Part shown: piece after piece, positions 1 through 8,017 of the stretch
How the letters are laid out: every line of letters begins with the position of its first letter
Position numbering within the stretch: the first letter of the stretch is position 1
Source: an uncultured bacterium
GTDB taxonomy: Bacteria > Cyanobacteriota > Vampirovibrionia > Gastranaerophilales > Gastranaerophilaceae
Length of the DNA: 61,244 bases
Assembly (NCBI GenBank): GCA_900547585.1
Contig: URHD01000001.1
Span: 1 to 61,244 of the forward strand
Direction: 5' to 3'
Notes under the pieces: generated by a model
The model's database searches: none
What the model was told of the DNA's origin: nothing
The model's input: the letters and a program-made list of their open reading frames with translations, nothing else
Position numbers and translations under genes: made by a program

Positions 1-54
1 TTATCACCATTTATAATAAGAGGTTTCACAACACCAAACTTTAATATGCTCTCT

Positions 55-216
55 TTACATACTTACATATTTGTTGTAAAGTGCTTCTAATTTTTCAAAC
101 TCTTCATCTGACAAAAGAATTTTTCTTTTGCCGAAAGAAAGTCTTTTTATAGGTTTACTATGTGTAACTTTATTACCATAATCAGGTATTAGTGGTATGT
201 TTAAAATCTTTTTCAT
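55..216 (-). CDS. small hypothetical protein (53 aa, MKKILNIPLIPDYGNKVTHSKPIKRLSFGKRKILLSDEEFEKLEALYNKYVSM)
   Basis: Hand-translated ATG..TAA ORF, below the track cutoff. GGGGA lies about 8 nt upstream of the ATG. No recognisable family. Confidence 0.3.
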   Translation of the reverse strand: MKKILNIPLIPDYGNKVTHSKPIKRLSFGKRKILLSDEEFEKLEALYNKYVSM

Positions 217-534
217 GAAAAAATCCCCAAATAAATCTTTCTGTAAATAAATACATCAAAAATTTAAGCGATATAAAAAAGCACTTAAAATTTTAATTGG
301 GGATTTTATACATGCGGATATAAACTATCTTGAGTTTGCAAATCCTTCTGTGAGAGATTTTTTGGAAAACTATATTCTTAATAATAATTTATTGCCTACT
401 TTCATAGATATATGTCAAAACACTTACCAATATAGCTGGCTATATAATACTTTTATTGCATATAAAAAAACAGAGTTAAAAGACGAAAAAATACTGTTTA
501 AAGATATGGCAGAATATTATTTCAATAGAAAAAT

Positions 535-864
535 CTATGTTTTTTTCTTTGCTTTTTGTATATTCAGCCTATTTACCATAATTTCCCTAATTGTCTCCTT
601 TAGAGTATCAATTTTGCCTTCACAAACAATAATTTTGTTCCAGAAATAATCCAGTTTTGTCTGCGGCATTCTTGTTTTGACATTTTTGTGCAAGTCATAT
701 AAGTCACACTCCAGCTTTGCAATAGAAGCTCTGAGCTCGGAAATTTCTTTCTTTTCTTTATCAGTCAGGCGCAAAATCACACCACTATATTCACTTAAAG
801 GTTTAAGATTTCGCCCTTTGGCAAGCTGGGTTGAAATCGTACTATTTATCAATTTTGTTTTCAA
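535..864 (-). CDS. hypothetical protein, 109 aa, charged/coiled-coil
   Basis: ORF in track with protein-like composition (ILRLTDKEKKEISELRASIAKLE...). It overlaps an antisense ORF (350..649) that looks less protein-like in the overlap. No family recognised. Confidence 0.4.
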   Translation of the reverse strand: MKTKLINSTISTQLAKGRNLKPLSEYSGVILRLTDKEKKEISELRASIAKLECDLYDLHKNVKTRMPQTKLDYFWNKIIVCEGKIDTLKETIREIMVNRLNIQKAKKKT

Positions 865-967
865 TTTGTCCGCCTTTCGGCTGTATTAAAACTCGTAAAT
901 ATTATTTTTTGACATTTTTAATTTATCAAAAAAAAAGACGGGATTTTACACCCATCAAAACAATTAA

Positions 968-2269
968 CTAAACAGCCAAATCAGACTGAGCTCTAACAAT
1001 ATTATGGTTCTCTTTTACTCTAAAAAAAGCGATTCCAAGTGTTAGAATTCCCAGACGTCCAAAAAACATGGTAAATGTCAGAATAATTTTGCCAATAGTA
1101 CTTAAATCAGCTGTAATTCCTAAACTTAGCCCAACAGTTCCGAGCGCGGAAGCAGTTTCAAAAAATAACTCCATAAATGAGTGAGGGTCAAAAATACACA
1201 TTAACAGAGTACTGACAAAAAGGAGAAACATGTACCCGGTTGCTGCTGCAGCGGCTGTCATTACCCTGTTAGGAGGAATAACTCTGTTCAAAAATGTTAT
1301 ACGTTCAGGGTGACCCTGGATTACACTGGAAATTATGCCGAGAATAGCAGAAACTGAGGTTGTTTTTAGCCCGCCGCCGGTTCCTGAGGGAGATGCGCCG
1401 ATAATCATTGCAAAAATCAGAACAAGAAGCGAAGCATCAGGCAATTTTGACAAATCAACACTGTTAAATCCTGATGTTGTTGAAGCAGCCATCACCTGAA
1501 AAAGCGCCTGCAGCAATCCGGAGCCAGAATCAAAAATATAAATAGCAGTGCCCAAAATTGCAATAAGAGCAGTTATAATTAGAATTATTTTAGATGTAAA
1601 AGTTATTTCACGGCTTTTTCCCGTAACTCTTCTATATACATCGACCGGGACAATAAATCCAATTGCACCTGAATAACACAAAAAGATAATTGTAAGATTT
1701 ATAAAAATATCCTCCTGAAATCGGATAAAACTATCGCCATAAATACTAAAACCGGCTGTAGAAAAAGCCGAAACAGAATGAAAAAGCCCTGACCACAAAG
1801 GATTTTCGACACCAATCGCAGCAAATTGCGCAGTAAGCAGTACAGTACCGACAAGTTCTATTAAAAATGTATATACAATTATACTTTTGACGAACTGCTT
1901 AAGCTCAAAGGTTTCAGGCATTGTAAATTCAGCTGAAAGTACTTTAACTCTGTGCGTAGGGATTTTGCGGCTCGTGGAAAGCATCAAAAAAGATGTCAGG
2001 GTCATATAACCTATTCCTCCGAGTTGAATCAAGCCTAAAAGTACCAGTATCCCGAAAGGTGTGTATAGCTCTGAAATAGAACCTGTCGTTAGTCCGGTAG
2101 TTGACATTGCAGAAACAACATTAAAAAGATTGTTAACAAAACCAACATCAATTTTTTGAGAAAATGGCATAGAAATTAGCACAACACCAATAACAACATA
2201 GCTCAAAAAACCAAAAACTATTGCTTGAAAAGGATTTAGTTTTAACTTTTTACTTTTTAACAGCTTCAT
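968..2269 (-). CDS. TrkH/KtrB-family K+ transporter membrane subunit
   Basis: Multi-TM protein with the repeated pore-loop pattern typical of TrkH/KtrB (MSTTGLTTG, SAFSTAGFS, AASTTSGFNSVD, ALGTVGLSLG). The start is set at MKLLKSK (ATG at 2269), which overlaps the stop of the upstream ORF as ATGA. The longer track ORF start is inside the upstream gene. Confidence 0.85.
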   Translation of the reverse strand: MKLLKSKKLKLNPFQAIVFGFLSYVVIGVVLISMPFSQKIDVGFVNNLFNVVSAMSTTGLTTGSISELYTPFGILVLLGLIQLGGIGYMTLTSFLMLSTSRKIPTHRVKVLSAEFTMPETFELKQFVKSIIVYTFLIELVGTVLLTAQFAAIGVENPLWSGLFHSVSAFSTAGFSIYGDSFIRFQEDIFINLTIIFLCYSGAIGFIVPVDVYRRVTGKSREITFTSKIILIITALIAILGTAIYIFDSGSGLLQALFQVMAASTTSGFNSVDLSKLPDASLLVLIFAMIIGASPSGTGGGLKTTSVSAILGIISSVIQGHPERITFLNRVIPPNRVMTAAAAATGYMFLLFVSTLLMCIFDPHSFMELFFETASALGTVGLSLGITADLSTIGKIILTFTMFFGRLGILTLGIAFFRVKENHNIVRAQSDLAV

Positions 2270-2907
2270 TTTTTTATACCAGTTTGATATCCGGGTGCAA
2301 GATGAGCCAGCGGAATAAATCTGGATGCAGCCTTTGCCAGCGTGGTTCCGGCGTTCGATACTGAAGTAACAAGGCATACATTATCACTCTGCATAGCCCA
2401 ATCTTTCCAGTTTAGCTTTCTGTACTCATCTTCTTTAAAAATATTTGAATTCATTTTTCTTGAAATTCTGTTACCGCCAATAACTCCGGCAACAAGGCTC
2501 ACAAAGCCAAATAAAAATTGTATCGGTCTAGTAATGGGCGGAAAGTTAAATTTTGTATTAAGAACCTTATTTAACCTTATTCCTGCACCAACGGCAATTG
2601 TCGGAACGATGTAATTCCCAATCAGCTGGACAAGTCCTTCTTTTGCTTTTGCTTTGATATTTTTTCTGTCAGACACAGAACCGGCAGCAAAGCCGCAAAA
2701 AACTGATGAAGCGGCGATTTCTATTACATCTTTTTCTTTGAGTTCTATTTCTTTCAGCATTTTCAGCATTTCTTTGGGACGGTTTAATGTTAACCGGTTT
2801 CTAATACCATGCCTGCGCCCAATCAAAGCCACTGCCCCAGCTACGCCAACAGCGCTTCCCGTAAATGCTGCAACTTTTGTTCTAAAATCTGTTTTGGCTA
2901 TATTCAT
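2266..2907 (-). CDS. hypothetical membrane protein (about 4 hydrophobic segments), translationally coupled to the TrkH/KtrB gene
   Basis: 213-aa ORF with hydrophobic stretches (AAFTGSAVGVAGAVALIG, IAASSVFCGFAAGSV, LIGNYIVPTIAVGAGI, FLFGFVSLVAGVIGG). Its TGA overlaps the downstream ATG. No RCK/NAD-binding motif. Confidence 0.6.
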   Translation of the reverse strand: MNIAKTDFRTKVAAFTGSAVGVAGAVALIGRRHGIRNRLTLNRPKEMLKMLKEIELKEKDVIEIAASSVFCGFAAGSVSDRKNIKAKAKEGLVQLIGNYIVPTIAVGAGIRLNKVLNTKFNFPPITRPIQFLFGFVSLVAGVIGGNRISRKMNSNIFKEDEYRKLNWKDWAMQSDNVCLVTSVSNAGTTLAKAASRFIPLAHLAPGYQTGIKK

Positions 2908-3018
2908 TTTATTTTCTTTTTTTACTAATTGCTAACACATTTTATTCACCCTATGAAAGCTTTTCAATAGCCAAAAACCAATTTTAACGCCATCTTAATA
3001 CCCGCTGAAAAAGCTTAA

Positions 3019-3047
3019 TTTAATCTTGATACTTCAGATGATATAAT
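3019..3047 (+). promoter_or_regulatory. candidate sigma70-type promoter (TTTAAT-17 nt-TGaTATAAT) for the kdpD-like gene, possibly giving a leaderless mRNA
   Basis: -35 TTTAAT at 3019-3024, 17-nt spacer, extended -10 TGATATAAT at 3039-3047. The ATG at 3054 lies 7 nt after the -10 and has no Shine-Dalgarno. Confidence 0.3.
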
Positions 3048-3053
3048 TTCATT

Positions 3054-4874
3054 ATGAAGAAACAAAAACACCAAGAACACATTCTAGTTTGCCTTTCCAG
3101 CTCTCCATCAAACCCGAGAGTCATTAAAACAGCCGCAAAAATGGCAAAAGTTTTTAATGCTGTTTTTACAGCACTGTTCATTGAAACAGCCAGAAGCAAA
3201 ACTTTATCAAAAGAAAATCAAAAAAGGTTACAACAAAACACAGCTTTCGCAAAGCATTGCGGGGCAAAGGTAGTTACTATCAGCGGGGATGATATTGCTT
3301 ATCAGGTATCAAATTATGCAAAAACCAGTGGAGTAACGAAAATTGTGCTCGGCCGTTCGGGATACCGCGCAAACCGTTTCTTTACGCCACCCAATTTTGT
3401 AGATAAAATTATTGAATACACACCTGAAGTCGATATCTACGTAATACCGGACAAAGTGCAAAAACTTTATCTCGGTCAAAACCCAGTAAAAGAAAAACTG
3501 TTCTCTTTCAATATAAAAGACAGTCTTGATTCTGCACTAATTCTATGCGGGGCGACAATAATAAGCGGCCTCTTCTACAAACTCGGAATCAGCGAATCAA
3601 ATATTGTTATGGTATATATTTTCGGAGTTATGCTGATAGCGTATTTTACTGAAAGCAAAATTTACAGCCTTGTCTCCTCAATTTTAGCTGTATTAATTTT
3701 CAATTTCTTTTTTACAAAACCAAACATGACATTGCTTTCTATTGATAATAGCTATCAAATTACCTTTTTGATAATGTTTCTGGTTGCATTTTTCATAAGC
3801 AGTATTACTAAAAAAATCAAATTCGACGCAAGACAATCCTACCTAAAAGCATACAGAACAGAGGTTATGCTCGAAATGAGCCAAATGCTGCAACAGGCAC
3901 AAAACACCGAAGAAATAAAACAGGTCACAACTGCACAACTAAAAAAGCTCCTGGATTGTGATATTTCCTTGCATTCTCCGCTGGATGCCGAACTCGAAAA
4001 CAAAGAAATCAGCTACCCCATAAAAAATAATGATACTATATTTGCAATTGCAGTAATAAACAAAAAAGAAATAAGCGAGTTTGAGAAAAGCCTGCTTATT
4101 GCAATGCTGCGAGAAGCATCAATGGCTTTTGAAAAAGCACAAATCCTTGAAAGTAAAAACGAACTTTTGATTAAACACAAGCAGGAAGAATTGCGCTCGA
4201 CCCTATTAAGAGCAATTTCTCATGACTTGAGAAGCCCGCTAACAGGAATATCAGGAAATGCAGAACTCCTCTTGAACAGCGCAAAGCTTCTTCAGGAAGA
4301 GAAAAAACAAGATATTTTCGAAGACATTTATGACGATTCTATATGGCTTTTGAATCTTGTTGAAAATTTACTCTCCATAACACGTTTTGACAAAGGCGAA
4401 ATCAGAATAAGCAAAGAATCAGAATCTATTTCTGATGTAATAGAGGAAACGCTTTCGCATTTGGGAAGAAAAAAAGATAATTTTAATATTGTATCTATTA
4501 TAGATGACGAAAATTTGTATGCAAAGATGGATGCAAGGCTTATTTCTCAGGTAATTTTTAACCTGGTTGATAACGCAATGAAGTATTCCCCGCAAAAGAG
4601 CACCATCACAATTATAGCAAAAGCAAACGGCAATGATATAGAGGTTTCTGTCTGCGATGAGGGTGCAGGAATATCGGAAAAAGAGAAAAATAACATTTTT
4701 GACATGTTTTATACGATCAAAAATACGGTTGCAGACGGAAGACGCGGCCTTGGGCTGGGACTTGCGTTGTGTAAATCAATAATTAACGCCCATGGCGGAG
4801 AAATTACAGTCAAAAACAACACACCCGCAGGTTCAATTTTCTCATTTAAGCTGGAAGGTGATTTTTATGAATAA
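3054..4874 (+). CDS. KdpD-like sensor histidine kinase lacking the N-terminal KdpD P-loop domain (Usp domain + 4-TM DUF4118-like region + HisKA + HATPase_c)
   Basis: The N-terminus ILVCLSSSPSNPRVIKTAAKMA...KIVLGRS matches the Usp segment of KdpD. It is followed by a TM block, the H-box ISHDLRSPLTGI, and N/G boxes (DNAMKYSP, DEGAGI, GLGLGLALCKSI). Confidence 0.85.
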   Translation: MKKQKHQEHILVCLSSSPSNPRVIKTAAKMAKVFNAVFTALFIETARSKTLSKENQKRLQQNTAFAKHCGAKVVTISGDDIAYQVSNYAKTSGVTKIVLGRSGYRANRFFTPPNFVDKIIEYTPEVDIYVIPDKVQKLYLGQNPVKEKLFSFNIKDSLDSALILCGATIISGLFYKLGISESNIVMVYIFGVMLIAYFTESKIYSLVSSILAVLIFNFFFTKPNMTLLSIDNSYQITFLIMFLVAFFISSITKKIKFDARQSYLKAYRTEVMLEMSQMLQQAQNTEEIKQVTTAQLKKLLDCDISLHSPLDAELENKEISYPIKNNDTIFAIAVINKKEISEFEKSLLIAMLREASMAFEKAQILESKNELLIKHKQEELRSTLLRAISHDLRSPLTGISGNAELLLNSAKLLQEEKKQDIFEDIYDDSIWLLNLVENLLSITRFDKGEIRISKESESISDVIEETLSHLGRKKDNFNIVSIIDDENLYAKMDARLISQVIFNLVDNAMKYSPQKSTITIIAKANGNDIEVSVCDEGAGISEKEKNNIFDMFYTIKNTVADGRRGLGLGLALCKSIINAHGGEITVKNNTPAGSIFSFKLEGDFYE

Positions 4875-5553
4875 AGGAACAATTCTTGTAATTGAAGATG
4901 ATAAGGCAATCCAAAACCTCATAGCAACAACTCTTGAAATTAATAATTACAACTATCAAACAGCGTCAAACGCAACTGAGGGCCTTTTGAAATTTACATC
5001 ATATAATCCTGATGTATTAATCCTTGATTTAGGGCTACCAGATAGGGACGGAATCCATGTTATCAAAAAAATCCGGGGATTTTCCAACACTCCAATTATC
5101 GTTGTAAGCGCTCGAACAGATAATGAGGACAAAATCACAGCGCTTGATACAGGGGCTGATGATTATTTAACAAAACCATTTAATACTGACGAACTACTGG
5201 CAAGAATCAGGGTTGCAATGAGGCACAAAAGTTCAAAATCCTCACAACAGGAGAACTCCTCTGTGTTCATAAATGGAAGTTTGAAAATTGATTTTGCTCA
5301 AGGATGTGTTTATGTGGAGGAGGAAGAAGTTCATCTTACCGCGATTGAATATAAATTGCTTTGTCTGCTTGCAAGAAATGAAGGAAAAGTTCTTACCCAC
5401 AACCACATCAAAAAAGAAATCTGGCTGGATGATAATGGCTGTGACTCCCAGCTGTCGTTGAGAGTATTTGTTACAAATCTGAGAAAAAAGCTAAAATCTC
5501 CGGAATATATCAAAACGCACATAGGAATAGGCTACCGGATGGTAAAAATCTAG
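4867..5553 (+). CDS. OmpR/KdpE-type response regulator
   Basis: Receiver domain (ILVIEDD...LILDLGLPDRDG...TKPF) plus a winged-helix output (LTAIEYKLLCLLA...IGIGYRM). The ATG at 4867 overlaps the kinase stop (ATGAATAA). Confidence 0.85.
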   Translation: MNKGTILVIEDDKAIQNLIATTLEINNYNYQTASNATEGLLKFTSYNPDVLILDLGLPDRDGIHVIKKIRGFSNTPIIVVSARTDNEDKITALDTGADDYLTKPFNTDELLARIRVAMRHKSSKSSQQENSSVFINGSLKIDFAQGCVYVEEEEVHLTAIEYKLLCLLARNEGKVLTHNHIKKEIWLDDNGCDSQLSLRVFVTNLRKKLKSPEYIKTHIGIGYRMVKI

Positions 5554-7928
5554 CCTGCTAAAAACATGCCAACTGAATAAACAACAAAACTAACGCACCA
5601 GGCAATTGTACACTGCAAAAGCACAACCAAAACTGCATAAGACCGCCCAAGTTCACGTTTTACAGTAGCTATTGCGGCAACACAAGGAGTATAAAGCAGC
5701 GAAAAAACCAGAAAAACAAACGCGCTAAGTTCGCTAAATACCTCAGGAAGCCTCTCAACATCACCCAAAAGCACAGTCAAAGTGCTAACAACACTTTCTT
5801 TCGCCATAAAACCGGTCAAAAAAGCTGTTGTAATTCGCCAGTCATCAATCCCGAGCGGCTTAAATACAGGAACAATCAAATTTCCGAGCACAGCCAGCAG
5901 ACTGTCAGCAGAATCTTTTACAAGATTCAAATGTACGTCAAAGGTCTGCAAAAACCATATCACAATCGCAGCCCAGAAGATAATAGTAAAAGCTCTGGTA
6001 ACAAAGTCTTTTGATTTTGTGTAAATCAATCTGTAAACATTCAATGCGCTGGGCATACGATAATTGGGCAACTCCATCACAAAAGGAACAGGTTCACCTT
6101 TAAAAACAAAAAATTTCATAAAATAAGCAAAAATTATACCTACTACAATACCGATTAAATAAAGGCTCAAAATAACCAAAACCTGGTTCTGTGAAAAAAA
6201 TGCAGCAGTAAAAAGGGCATAAATAGGGAGTTTTGCCGAACAACTCATAAAAGGCGTCAAAAATATTGTCATTTTTCTATCACGCTCAGAGGGCAGCGTA
6301 CGGGTAGCCATTATCGCAGGCACTGAACACCCGAAACCTATCAGCATCGGGACAAAACTGCGCCCCGAAAGTCCTATTTTTCTAAGCAGTTTATCCATTA
6401 CAAAAGCAACCCGCGCCATATATCCAGTATCTTCAAGAATAGAAAGGAAGAAAAACAAAACCACAATCAATGGTAAAAAGCTCAAAACACTGCCGACTCC
6501 TGCAAAAACGCCGTTAATAATAAGCGAATGCACGACAGGATTCAGCCCATAGGCGCTCAAAGCCGAATCTGTAATTGCTGTGACTTTTTCCACCCCGATT
6601 TCCATCAGCTCCTGTAAAAAAGAGCCCAAAGGACCGAATGTTATATAAAAAATAAGTGCCATAATCCCGAGAAAAGCAATTAATGCCGTATATTTTCCGG
6701 TAAGGATTTTATCTGCTTCCGCAGAAATTTTTTGACCTATTGTTTCTTCGGGTTTTGATACAAATTCAGAACACAAACGCTCAATAAAAGAAAAGCGCAT
6801 ATCAGCAAGTGCGGCCTGCCTGTCCATTCCTGTTTCGTTTTCCATTTGAGAAATTATTTTTTCGCATGCTTCTTTGTCTTTTTCGTCCAGATTTAACGAT
6901 TCAAGAACAAGTGAATCGTCTTCGGTGAGCTTTGAAGCAGCAAATCTCACAGGAATTTGTGTATTCTTTGCATGGTCTTCAATTAAATGAATAATTGAAT
7001 GGATACATCTGTGCATTGCCCCCGCTTTGCCCTGCTCTGGCTCGCAAAAGTCGATTCGTCCAGGAGCCTCAACATATCCTGCGACATTTATTGCATGTTC
7101 TATAAGCTCCTCAATTCCCTGGTTTTTTGAAGCAGAAATAGGCACAACAGGAACCCCGAGCATAGCTTCAAGCCCGTTTACATCAATACTGCCGCCGCTT
7201 TGTGCAACTTCATCCATCATATTCAAAGCAATAACCATCGGCACATCAAGGTCTATGAGCTGCATAGTGAGCAAAAGATTGCGTTCTATATTTGTAGCAT
7301 CTACGATATTTATAATTCCATCCGGTTTTTCATTCAGAATAAAATTTCTTGTAACAATTTCCTCGCTGCTGTAAGGTGAAAGTGAATAAATTCCGGGCAA
7401 ATCCGTAACAGTAACATTATTGTGCCCCTTAATTATTCCATCTTTTCTATCAACAGTTACACCGGGGAAATTTCCGACTCTTTGATTAGAACCGGTCAAT
7501 CTGTTAAAAAGCGTTGTTTTACCGCTGTTCTGGTTACCAGCAAGAGCAAAGCAAAGCTGTTTTTTAAGAGGTATTTTATTTTTTCTGTGTGTTTTGTATT
7601 TAACTTCTTCACCTTTTTGAGAGTGAGCGATTTCTTTAAATTTTTTGTTTTTTCTTGGGCAGTTATGCGCATCATGTATATCAGTAATGGTAATTTTTGA
7701 TGCGTCATCTTTCCTCAGCGTCAACTCATATCCCCGCAAACGGATTTCCAGCGGATCGCCCATCGGAGCTGTTTTTATGAGTGTAACTTCCACCCCGGGA
7801 GTAAGCCCCATATCAAGAATATGACTTCTCAATGCTTTATCCTCGCACGCAATTGAGGAAATAAACGCTTCATTTCCAGGTGATAGTTTATCCAGTGTCA
7901 TTATTTTTTTATTATCTACCATGTCCAC
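5550..7928 (-). CDS. feoB: ferrous iron transporter FeoB with N-terminal FeoA domain (FeoA-FeoB fusion)
   Basis: FeoA-like SH3 segment (LSPGNEAFISSI...GLTPGVEVTLIKTAPMGDPLEIRLRGYELTLRKDDA), then the FeoB G-domain (ALAGNQNSGKTTLFNRLTG, DLPGIYSL, NMMD) and the polytopic permease. The true start may be an internal Met (7922 or 7901). Confidence 0.9.
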   Translation of the reverse strand: MDMVDNKKIMTLDKLSPGNEAFISSIACEDKALRSHILDMGLTPGVEVTLIKTAPMGDPLEIRLRGYELTLRKDDASKITITDIHDAHNCPRKNKKFKEIAHSQKGEEVKYKTHRKNKIPLKKQLCFALAGNQNSGKTTLFNRLTGSNQRVGNFPGVTVDRKDGIIKGHNNVTVTDLPGIYSLSPYSSEEIVTRNFILNEKPDGIINIVDATNIERNLLLTMQLIDLDVPMVIALNMMDEVAQSGGSIDVNGLEAMLGVPVVPISASKNQGIEELIEHAINVAGYVEAPGRIDFCEPEQGKAGAMHRCIHSIIHLIEDHAKNTQIPVRFAASKLTEDDSLVLESLNLDEKDKEACEKIISQMENETGMDRQAALADMRFSFIERLCSEFVSKPEETIGQKISAEADKILTGKYTALIAFLGIMALIFYITFGPLGSFLQELMEIGVEKVTAITDSALSAYGLNPVVHSLIINGVFAGVGSVLSFLPLIVVLFFFLSILEDTGYMARVAFVMDKLLRKIGLSGRSFVPMLIGFGCSVPAIMATRTLPSERDRKMTIFLTPFMSCSAKLPIYALFTAAFFSQNQVLVILSLYLIGIVVGIIFAYFMKFFVFKGEPVPFVMELPNYRMPSALNVYRLIYTKSKDFVTRAFTIIFWAAIVIWFLQTFDVHLNLVKDSADSLLAVLGNLIVPVFKPLGIDDWRITTAFLTGFMAKESVVSTLTVLLGDVERLPEVFSELSAFVFLVFSLLYTPCVAAIATVKRELGRSYAVLVVLLQCTIAWCVSFVVYSVGMFLAG

Positions 7929-8017
7929 ATTGTAAGCCGAGACTAACTTATTTGCAACAAATTATTTCTTAAAAAAACCCTAAGCCGAAATAGCTTAGGG
8001 GTTTTACTGATTTGAAA

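Noticed and set aside
350-649. 99-aa plus-strand ORF (GTG start) overlapping the 3' part of the minus-strand ORF 535..864
   Set aside because: Its C-terminal third (YVFFFAFCIFSLFTIISLIVSF...) looks like an antisense read-through of the opposite gene. Only one of the two can plausibly be real, and the minus-strand ORF has the more protein-like composition. The first ~60 codons could still be a genuine small gene, so this is unresolved rather than disproved.
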